A stretch of DNA of 64,000 nucleotides, from the NCBI GenBank assembly GCA_036154315.1, contig JAYZLL010000035.1:3934-67933 (forward strand), in the 5' to 3' direction. The position numbers were made by a program, and so were the translations under genes. Positions 18,130 through 25,802 of the stretch are shown here, in pieces. The notes under the pieces were generated by a model. The model was not told the origin of the DNA and searched no databases. It saw only the letters and a list, made by a program, of their open reading frames with translations. How positions within the stretch are numbered: position 1 is the stretch's first letter; every line of letters begins with the position of its first letter. This DNA comes from Pseudomonadota bacterium. Lineage in GTDB: Bacteria; Pseudomonadota; Alphaproteobacteria; Rhodobacterales; Rhodobacteraceae.

Positions 18130-18255
18130 TCCTCCCGTTTGCTGTCAGTCTGACGCGGCGCGGGCGATCCGCCAAGCGCGCAAACGCGGGGATGCTGACA
18201 ACGGGGTGTCAGGGGCGAAGACTGCGCATGGCGCATGTCGGGTCCGCCGGATGTT

Positions 18256-19671
18256 CTAGTGTGAGCAGACCTTCGGCCGCGACCAGTCCACCGGCTTGAA
18301 CGTCAGGAATTTCCGCGCCGCAACGCCGTGGGCGAGATAGGTGTTGGTCCAGCCTGACGCGGTTGAGACCGGTCCGCTGGCCGTTTCGACCGTAACCACG
18401 AGCCCCGGCGTGAGCGCCAGCATCCGGTCCAGTTCATAGCGCACGAGGTCATAGCCCGGCGCGATGTAGCGGTCGTCGAACTGCGGGCTGTTCGACGCGA
18501 TCGGCGTCACGAGGTCCGATTGATAGCCTGCGCCGAAAGGCAGAACGCCGTGGAACAGGTGGTTCGTCTCGCCACCCTCGGTGTGGAGGTTCGAGAACAT
18601 CGCGACCGAGCTTTCGGTCTTGAGGCCCAGATAAGGGCTCCACCCGTTTGCGAAGTAAAGAAGCGGGATCAGCACCAGCCAACCCGCGCGGTAGCCCTGC
18701 TTGCGCCCGCCGTCGCGCGGCATGAACAGGATCAGGAAAGCGTAGAACCCCAGCGCGTAGACCGCGAAGAACGGCATGAACGCCCGGTCCTCGGGGATCA
18801 GGCGGTCGGGGGCAAAGAGCGCGCCCATCGCTGCCACATAGGCCAGCACGAAGAGCACCAGCGCGCCGCGACCGATCTTGAGCGCGCTCTCGCGGCTCCC
18901 GGTCCAGCGGATCACGGTGTCATAGGCGTTGGTGAACACCTCTTTCGGCAGAAAGAGCGCGTAGAGCACCAGAACGATGGTCGAGAAGTCCTTGTAATAG
19001 GCGTATCCCGTAAAGCCGATGATGATGTGGAACGGCACGCCGATCAGAATGCCGATGGTTTTCAGCCGTGGGATGAACAGCGCCACCATCGCAATCGCCT
19101 CGATGACGAAGGTGGCATAGATCGCGCCGTATTGGCCCAAGCCCCAGTCGCCCAGCCCCACGCCGGTCGTCAGCGCCTTGTAAAGCACCACCGCGCAGCT
19201 CACCGCCGGGTCGAGGAAGTCGATGTTGATCTTGTGGTAGATGCCGAAGAAATACATCGCGGGCAGGATCAGTCGACCGGCTGACGCGATGCGGTGAAAG
19301 AACGCCTCGCGCCCGTCCGGCCCAGTGGGGCGCAGGTAGAAGAGCGCGCCCAGCACGACGAGCGAAAAGGCAAAGGACGTTGTCTGGTTGTTCGACGCGA
19401 CGGGGGCGTTGAGGATGTAGGTCACGCTCCACGCAAAGGCGTTGAGCGCGAGGATGCCCCAGAGGCGCGGCATGACGATGCCCGCGACGCTCAGCCCCAT
19501 GAACACCGCGTGGATGCCGGCGGGCAGGGGCGTGCCGCCCATCGTCAGGCCCCAGATCTGGAAGAAGTAGATCGAGGACAGCAGGGTGACGAGGCCGAGC
19601 CGATCCATCGGCTGCGCGGCGATACGCGGAAGCGTGAACGGTTGGGCCCGTTGCGTGTCGACTTGTTCCAT
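18256..19671 (-). CDS. polytopic integral membrane protein of unknown function (possibly HTTM-like)
   Basis: About 470 aa with at least 9 hydrophobic helices in the first 360 aa and a soluble C-terminal about 110 aa. The ATG at 19669-19671 is preferred over 19701. The HTTM suggestion is weak. Confidence 0.6.
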   Translation of the reverse strand: MEQVDTQRAQPFTLPRIAAQPMDRLGLVTLLSSIYFFQIWGLTMGGTPLPAGIHAVFMGLSVAGIVMPRLWGILALNAFAWSVTYILNAPVASNNQTTSFAFSLVVLGALFYLRPTGPDGREAFFHRIASAGRLILPAMYFFGIYHKINIDFLDPAVSCAVVLYKALTTGVGLGDWGLGQYGAIYATFVIEAIAMVALFIPRLKTIGILIGVPFHIIIGFTGYAYYKDFSTIVLVLYALFLPKEVFTNAYDTVIRWTGSRESALKIGRGALVLFVLAYVAAMGALFAPDRLIPEDRAFMPFFAVYALGFYAFLILFMPRDGGRKQGYRAGWLVLIPLLYFANGWSPYLGLKTESSVAMFSNLHTEGGETNHLFHGVLPFGAGYQSDLVTPIASNSPQFDDRYIAPGYDLVRYELDRMLALTPGLVVTVETASGPVSTASGWTNTYLAHGVAARKFLTFKPVDWSRPKVCSH

Positions 19672-19789
19672 TTCAGCCCTAATCGAGAGTGTGCGGATCA
19701 CTGTTTCTTTGTGGGCATAAATGGAAAATGCGGTGAAATATGGGCGGCTCTGTCCGGGTTTTGCGGCGAATCCGCTGGTTTATCTGGAC

Positions 19790-20533
19790 TCAGACCCGCG
19801 CCAGCCGTCCGGGTGTGCCGGGGGCGAGGGGGACGCCCGCGAGCCGCGCCATGTGCCATGCGAGGACGAGGTTCGAGGACAGGACCGGCATGTCGAGCTC
19901 CGCCTCCAGCGCGTCGATGATGCCGAGCGCGCGCAGGTTGGTGCAGGACAGAAACAACGCGTCGACCCCGCCGGGTTCGACCAGTTGCCGCGCGGCTGCC
20001 ATGATCGAGGCGGGCGAGATGCGGGCGACCCGGGCCTCGGTCGCGACGTTGAAGCTGCCGAACAGGGGTGTCTCGACGCCGTCTTGGGCCAGCACCTCGC
20101 AGATGCGGTCGGACACTTCGGCGAGGTAGGGCGAGAGGAACGCGATGCGCCGGATGCCGAGGGCCTCGCAGGCGGCGAGGAGGGCCGACACGGGCTCGGT
20201 CACCGCCCCCGTCTGCGCCGCGCCGGACACGAGCTCGGCCACCCGCGCGCGCCCGATCTGGGCGGTGCCGGAGGTGCAGCCGTAGCCGATCGCGCCGAAC
20301 CGAGTCCAAGGGCAGAGCAGTTCCGCGCTGGCCCCCAGATCGCCTTCCATCGCCGCAAGCGTCTCGGGCGTCACGTCGGCGCCCGAGGCGATGCGGCTGA
20401 ATTGAAGATCCACCTCCGGGCCGAAAAGCCGCCGAAAATCCTGTTCGATGGTCTCGTCCGATTGCAGGACAATGAGGCCCAGTTGCGTCGGAAACGTCTC
20501 GACCGGATCGAAGGGGAAAGTGCGGAAACTCAC
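19790..20533 (-). CDS. Asp/Glu/hydantoin racemase-superfamily protein (maleate isomerase / EutA-like)
   Basis: 247 aa. The two conserved Cys regions IGYGCTSG and LFLSCTNL are typical of this fold. The GTG start overlaps the upstream stop (GTGA, 20530-20533). Confidence 0.75.
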   Translation of the reverse strand: MSFRTFPFDPVETFPTQLGLIVLQSDETIEQDFRRLFGPEVDLQFSRIASGADVTPETLAAMEGDLGASAELLCPWTRFGAIGYGCTSGTAQIGRARVAELVSGAAQTGAVTEPVSALLAACEALGIRRIAFLSPYLAEVSDRICEVLAQDGVETPLFGSFNVATEARVARISPASIMAAARQLVEPGGVDALFLSCTNLRALGIIDALEAELDMPVLSSNLVLAWHMARLAGVPLAPGTPGRLARV

Positions 20534-21687
20534 GGGTCCACCTGCGCGATCTCATGCGGCGTGGGTGTGGACAGCCAGTCCGCGCCTGTCTCGGTCACGA
20601 CGATGTTTTCCTCATGCACCATGATCCCGCCCGGCGTGTCGATCACCGGCTCGAGCGTCAGCACCATGCCGGGGGCGAGCGGCGTGTGATCGGCAGGGAT
20701 GAGCGAGGGCCATTCCGTCAACTGCATGCCCAGCCCATGACCCAGCCGCCCTTTGACCTGCGTGTCGCCCCCGGTGAGCACCATGTTCATCGCCGCGTAG
20801 AGTTCCGCAGGCGTCGCGCCGGGCTTGGCGGCGTCTTTTGCGGCGTGGGTCGCGTCGATCAGGCGGGCATGGGCGCGCGTGACGGCGGGCGAGGGCGCGC
20901 CGATCGCGAAATTCCGGTCGAAGTCGCAAAAATACCCGTCCCACACCGCGCCGGTGTCGAGCATCAGCACATCTCCCGTGGTGAGGGGCGCTTCGGTCGC
21001 GGGCGAGATCACGTCGCCGTAGCCCTCGGGCGCGCTTGCTCCGGCGAGATAGGGCACCCAGTCGGCGCCTTCGTCCAGCAGAAGCGACTGGAACGACCGA
21101 AAGACGGCGGCGAGCGGAATGCCCGCGCCCGCAATCTCGTTCACGCGGGAAAATGCGGCGTCGGCGATCCCACAGGTCCAGCGGATCTTGGCGATCTCGG
21201 CCTTGGATTTCACGGTCCTCACCGCGCGCATGATCCCCGCGTCGTCGCTGAACCTGCGCGGGGCGAGGCGGTCTTGCAAAGCCGTCCAGCTGTGCAGCGG
21301 CATCCTCAGGTGGGTCTCGCTGCCGGAGGGCACGCCGATGATCCCGGCCTCTGGCGTCACTTCGGCAAGGGTCTGGGCGAGAAGGGACACACCGTCGTCG
21401 ACATAGTCAGGCGAGACCCAAGTGCGGATGTCCGTGACCCAGGTCTGGCCCATCAGATGCGCGCCGATCTCGGGGATGACCGCGATGGGTTTGCCTGCGG
21501 CGGGCACCACGACGAACCAAGGCCGGGTCGGGCTTTCCCAGAACCGGGTGAGAAATCCGGTGACGTATCGGACCTCGGGTTCCGTGGTCAGAAGCAGGGC
21601 AGAGAGGCCGTGTTCGGCCATATGCGCCTGTATCGCGGCGAGCCGGTCGATGTATTCGGTTTCGGCAAAGCCACGCGGTTGGGTCAT
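20530..21687 (-). CDS. M24-family metallohydrolase (creatinase / Xaa-Pro peptidase / ectoine-hydrolase-like)
   Basis: 385 aa from the ATG at 21685-21687 (MTQPRGFAETEY). The listed 555-aa ORF has a non-coding-looking Arg/Gly-rich extension. Pita-bread metal ligands are present (DTGAVWDGYFCDFDR, GHGLG, LEPV, HEEN). The start overlaps the upstream stop (ATGA). Confidence 0.85.
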   Translation of the reverse strand: MTQPRGFAETEYIDRLAAIQAHMAEHGLSALLLTTEPEVRYVTGFLTRFWESPTRPWFVVVPAAGKPIAVIPEIGAHLMGQTWVTDIRTWVSPDYVDDGVSLLAQTLAEVTPEAGIIGVPSGSETHLRMPLHSWTALQDRLAPRRFSDDAGIMRAVRTVKSKAEIAKIRWTCGIADAAFSRVNEIAGAGIPLAAVFRSFQSLLLDEGADWVPYLAGASAPEGYGDVISPATEAPLTTGDVLMLDTGAVWDGYFCDFDRNFAIGAPSPAVTRAHARLIDATHAAKDAAKPGATPAELYAAMNMVLTGGDTQVKGRLGHGLGMQLTEWPSLIPADHTPLAPGMVLTLEPVIDTPGGIMVHEENIVVTETGADWLSTPTPHEIAQVDP

Positions 21688-22652
21688 GCGGTTTCCGACA
21701 GGATGGTAAGTATACGTGCTTCCGCGCCGATGGCGACCTCGTCCGGCAGCCCTGCGAGCAGCGCGGCCAGACCGGCAGCACCGGAGGGTGTCGAAGGCAG
21801 TCCGCTCACGCCGACGCGGTCGCAGCCGGCCTGCGCCTCGTCCTCGGTGATGGTCACGAACCAGTCGGCGTCGCGGGCCAGCCCCTTCAGCGCGATGAGC
21901 GAGGGCATCTTGCAGTCGAGCCGCCCCATGATCGACACTGGCCCCGTGCTTTCCGTCGGCGCACCGGCTTCGATCGATGCGATGAGCGCAGGCGCAGCGT
22001 CGGGTTCCACCACAACGATCACCGGATGGTCGCCCCAGATCCGCCGGGCATGCGCCGCTGCCGCGCCTGCCAGCCCGCCGACGCCGGCCTGCAACAGGAT
22101 GTGGCTGGGCGGTTCCGGCATCTGGCTCGCGGCTTCGGCCATCAGGATCAGATAGCCCTCCATCAAGGTGCGCGGCATCTCGGTGTATCCGGCCCACGAA
22201 CTGTCGGAGAGGAGCGTCAGGCCCTCGGCCTGCGCCTCGGCCTCGGCCGTGTGCATGCTGGCTTCATATGTCGCGCCCGCGCGCCGCACCTCGGCCCCTT
22301 CCGCGATCAGGCGTTTCGCGAAACTTTCGGGCACGGTGTCGGACAGGTAGATGCGCGACTTCGCTCCGAACGCCGCTGCGCCCGCCGCGACGGACAGGCC
22401 GTGATTGCCCGCGCTCGCCGCGACATAGGTGCGGCCCTTGGCGATCCCGTCGGCCGCGTGGCAGGCGATGACGTGGGCCGCGCCTAGCGCCTTGAAGCTG
22501 CCCAGACCCATCCGGTCGCGCTCGTCTTTGATCAGAACCTGTCCGGCCCCCACCGCATCGGCAAGCGCGGCGCTGGGCACGAGCGGTGTGATCCGGTGAC
22601 GCGGGCAGCGCGACACACGGGCGAGGGGCGGGTCGGCATCGTCGCGCGGCAT
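21684..22652 (-). CDS. PLP-dependent beta-family enzyme, diaminopropionate ammonia-lyase-like
   Basis: 322 aa from the ATG at 22650-22652. PLP lysine motif LGSFKALGA and ASAGNHG glycine-rich loop. A longer start at 22808 would overlap the aminotransferase gene. Confidence 0.75.
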   Translation of the reverse strand: MPRDDADPPLARVSRCPRHRITPLVPSAALADAVGAGQVLIKDERDRMGLGSFKALGAAHVIACHAADGIAKGRTYVAASAGNHGLSVAAGAAAFGAKSRIYLSDTVPESFAKRLIAEGAEVRRAGATYEASMHTAEAEAQAEGLTLLSDSSWAGYTEMPRTLMEGYLILMAEAASQMPEPPSHILLQAGVGGLAGAAAAHARRIWGDHPVIVVVEPDAAPALIASIEAGAPTESTGPVSIMGRLDCKMPSLIALKGLARDADWFVTITEDEAQAGCDRVGVSGLPSTPSGAAGLAALLAGLPDEVAIGAEARILTILSETA

Positions 22653-22717
22653 TGGAATGTCGGCGAGGGCCGAATGATCCAGCCCTGCGCCACGATATGG
22701 ATTGCGGAGTGCCCGCA

Positions 22718-24100
22718 CTAGCCAAAGACCGCGTCGAGCGCGCCATCGACCGCAGCGGTGATCGCGTCGATATCCGCAGGTGTCGCGATCAGCGCGGGCG
22801 AGAAACACAGCACGTTGTTCAGCCCCGGCACCGAACGGTTCGAGGCGCCGATGATGACACCGCGTTCGGCACAGCCCGCCACGACCTTGGCGATATCCGC
22901 TTCGCTCACCGGCTCTTTCGTCGTGCGGTCCTTTACCAGTTCGAGCCCCTGAAACAGCCCGATCCCGCGCACGTCGCCGATGACCTCGTGCTTTTCCTCA
23001 AGCGCCTTGAGGTTCGCGGTCAGCCGCTCGCCCATCTTGGCGGTGTTCTCGACCAGCCCTTCGTCTTCGATGATGCGCATGTTTTCGAGCGCCGCCGCAT
23101 GGCCGCCCGCACAACCGCCAAAGGTCGAAATGTCGCGGAAATGGTCCATCGGGTCCGAGGGGTCGGACTTGAACAGGTCGAACACCTTTTCTGTGGTCAC
23201 GCAGCAGGCGATGGCGGCGTAACCACTTGCGACACCCTTGGCCATGGTCACGAAATCCGGCTCGATCCCGTAGTGCTGGTAACCGAACCATTTGCCGGTC
23301 CGGCCCATGCCGCAGACGACCTCGTCGATGTGCAGGAGGATGTCGTACTTGCGGCAGATCTCCTGCACCCGATCCCAGTAGCCCGGCGGAGGCGTGATGA
23401 CGCCGCCGCCTGCGGTGATGGGTTCAAGGCAGAGCGCGCCGACGGTTTCGGGGCCTTCGGCGAGGATTACCTCTTCGATCGCATCCGCAGCGCGGCGCCC
23501 GTATGCCTCACCCGACAGATCCCACTGGGCGCGGTATTCCATGCAATGCGGGACGCGCACGAAATCGGGGGCCATCGGACCGTATTGCATGACGCGTTCA
23601 TCCTGACCGCCCGCGCTCATCGTGGCGTAGGTGCCGCCGTGATAGTCGCGGTCGCGGTAGAGGATCTTGGTCTTCTTGCCGCCGTATCGCTTGTGCGCAA
23701 TCTGGCGCACCATCTTGAACGCCTTCTCGTTCGCCTCGGAGCCGGAGTTGCAGTAATAGACGCGGCTCATCCCCGGCATTTTCTCGATGAGCTTCTCGGC
23801 AAAGATCGCACCGGGGACGGTCCCGGCGGCGCCGGCGAAATAGTTCATCTTCACAAGCTGGTCGCGCACGGCATCGGCGATGGATTCGCGCCCGTAGCCC
23901 ACGTTCACCGTCCAGACCGCGCCCGACACGGCGTCGATGAACTCGCGCCCGTGCTGGTCCCAGACCCGCATACCCTTGCCCTCGACCACGATCCGCGGCT
24001 CTCCGGTCTCGAACGGTTTATGCTGAATCAGGTGGTGCCAGACATGGGCCTTGTCGGCCTCGACCACATGGGAAATGTCGTTGTCGGTATAGCCGTCCAC
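22718..24100 (-). CDS. class III (omega) aminotransferase
   Basis: 460 aa. NSGSEANE, DEVVCGMGRTGKWFG, PDFVTMAKGV (PLP lysine) are typical of beta-alanine/taurine/DABA-pyruvate transaminases. Confidence 0.88.
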   Translation of the reverse strand: MDGYTDNDISHVVEADKAHVWHHLIQHKPFETGEPRIVVEGKGMRVWDQHGREFIDAVSGAVWTVNVGYGRESIADAVRDQLVKMNYFAGAAGTVPGAIFAEKLIEKMPGMSRVYYCNSGSEANEKAFKMVRQIAHKRYGGKKTKILYRDRDYHGGTYATMSAGGQDERVMQYGPMAPDFVRVPHCMEYRAQWDLSGEAYGRRAADAIEEVILAEGPETVGALCLEPITAGGGVITPPPGYWDRVQEICRKYDILLHIDEVVCGMGRTGKWFGYQHYGIEPDFVTMAKGVASGYAAIACCVTTEKVFDLFKSDPSDPMDHFRDISTFGGCAGGHAAALENMRIIEDEGLVENTAKMGERLTANLKALEEKHEVIGDVRGIGLFQGLELVKDRTTKEPVSEADIAKVVAGCAERGVIIGASNRSVPGLNNVLCFSPALIATPADIDAITAAVDGALDAVFG

Positions 24101-24225
24101 TGGGGCCTCCTGTTGGGTTTGTCTATTTGATCAAAAAAAACCCTAGGAGTGGCATCGGGCGATGTAAATGCACGACTTGCCGCGCCAGCCCCCGTCGCTA
24201 GGGTAGCGCGAAAAAGGAGATACCT

Positions 24226-24609
24226 ATGTCCGATGCGATGCCCGAGGGTCACGCCGTCCTGCGCACGGTCGCCATGCCCGCCGATGTGAACAGCGCGGGC
24301 GATATTTTCGGCGGCTGGGTGCTGAGCCAGATGGATATCGCAGGCGGCATCGTGGCGGGGGAGCGGGCCGGGGGCCGTGTCGCCACCGTTGCCGTCGAAG
24401 CGATGAAGTTCATCCGACCGGTGAAAGTGGGCGACATCCTGTGCATCTATGGCGATGTGGTCCGGGTCGGCACGACGTCTGTCGCGGTGCGGCTTGACGC
24501 CTGGGTGGTGCGCGGGCAGGGCGCGACGAACGAGAAGGTGACCGAGGGGATTTTCACCTTCGTCGGACTGGACGAGGCCGGAAACAAGCGACCCATTAAC
24601 AACAGTTGA
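24226..24609 (+). CDS. acyl-CoA thioesterase (YciA-like hotdog fold)
   Basis: 127 aa. MPADVNSAGDIFGGWVLSQMDIAGG is the YciA-type N-terminal motif. AAGGAGA RBS upstream. Confidence 0.85.
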   Translation: MSDAMPEGHAVLRTVAMPADVNSAGDIFGGWVLSQMDIAGGIVAGERAGGRVATVAVEAMKFIRPVKVGDILCIYGDVVRVGTTSVAVRLDAWVVRGQGATNEKVTEGIFTFVGLDEAGNKRPINNS

Positions 24610-24696
24610 GATCGGTTTTTGACGGAACGCGCGCAGTCAATTGCATGCGGAATGCGGGTTCCACAGGATGGGCTCAGGATTGTTACAGGACTCGCT

Positions 24697-25734
24697 ATGA
24701 TTTTGCGCCCGCTTCGCCTTTTCGGTTTCTGCGTTCCGAGGCTGCTATTTGCGCTGGTCTTTGCTGCGCTCTGGGCGGTTCAACCTGTCCGCGCCCAAAG
24801 CATATTTACCTTCGGGGACGCGATCCCGAGCTCGAGCGGGGGTTACTATATCAACGGCTTTCCGGCGTCTGCCTTCATAGACACCGGCGAGAACCGGTTT
24901 CAAAAAGCCGGGCGCACGTTCAGCCAGACGATGGGCGGATTCGAAGGCATCGCGGACGATCTGGTCGATATCGGCTTCTTTCCGTTCCGCGAGCCGATCC
25001 TGTTCGGCACGGCGGCCTTGGGCGTCGCGGCGCTCGCGGCGAACGACTATGCGGTGACGTCCTACTATAAAGATACGGTGGAGCCGCTCTTTGCGGGGTT
25101 CCAATTGCCGTCCATCCTGCCGCGTGGGCCCAACAGTCCGCTTCGCTATATCGCGGTCGAGGACCAGTATCTGCTCTTGGGTATCGGGGCGACCTATGCC
25201 TACGGCTTCGCCGCCAATGACGAGCGGGCGCAGGTCGCCGCGCTTCTGTCGGCCAAGGCGGTCGCCTATTCCTATCTGGTCTCGCAAGTGATCCTGAAGC
25301 CGGTCTTCGGGCGCGTGCGACCCTCGCGCGATCTGTCCTCCTACGGCGGGCCGGTGGACGTGATCGACCGCAGCGGTCGGTCTCCGAACCCCTATAACTG
25401 GGGCAATTCGATTCCGCTCGCGCTGACGCCGTCGACCTTCGGCACGTCCTTCCCGAGCTTTCACTACACGCTCTATTTTTCGGTCGCGCGGGTCTATTCC
25501 GGCGTCTACGACAATTCGTGGGTGCCGTACCTCGTGATCGGTGCGCTGTCCGCGTCGCGCATTCAGGCGCACAATCACTGGGGCAGCGATATGGCGGCCG
25601 GGGCCCTGATCGGCACGGTGATCGGGCAGTCGATCCTCGACAACTATTCCGAGCGGCGCGGGGGCATCAGCACGACCTTCACGCCCATCGTGTCGACCTC
25701 AGGCGTCGGCGCTCAGTTTTCGATGACCTTCTAA
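24697..25734 (+). CDS. PAP2-family phosphatase, secreted/periplasmic
   Basis: Signal MILRPLRLFGFCVPRLLFALVFAALWAVQPVRAQ. All three PAP2 motifs are present: KPVFGRVRPS, SFPSFH, SRIQAHNHWGSD. Confidence 0.82.
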   Translation: MILRPLRLFGFCVPRLLFALVFAALWAVQPVRAQSIFTFGDAIPSSSGGYYINGFPASAFIDTGENRFQKAGRTFSQTMGGFEGIADDLVDIGFFPFREPILFGTAALGVAALAANDYAVTSYYKDTVEPLFAGFQLPSILPRGPNSPLRYIAVEDQYLLLGIGATYAYGFAANDERAQVAALLSAKAVAYSYLVSQVILKPVFGRVRPSRDLSSYGGPVDVIDRSGRSPNPYNWGNSIPLALTPSTFGTSFPSFHYTLYFSVARVYSGVYDNSWVPYLVIGALSASRIQAHNHWGSDMAAGALIGTVIGQSILDNYSERRGGISTTFTPIVSTSGVGAQFSMTF

Positions 25735-25802
25735 CCGCGCAGGCGGGCAGAACATACCCTGAACACCTTTTCCTTGGGCTTAGGCTCAGGTAGGCTTGGG
25801 GG

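Noticed and set aside
22653-22808. Longer N-terminal extension of the DAP-ammonia-lyase-like gene (track start 22808). Similar extensions: 555-aa M24 (to 22197), 558-aa FAD oxidase (to 60808), murC from 44859, cydA from 11264.
   Set aside because: The extensions overlap upstream genes or are Arg/Gly-rich with poor codon bias. Internal ATGs give N-termini typical of each family.
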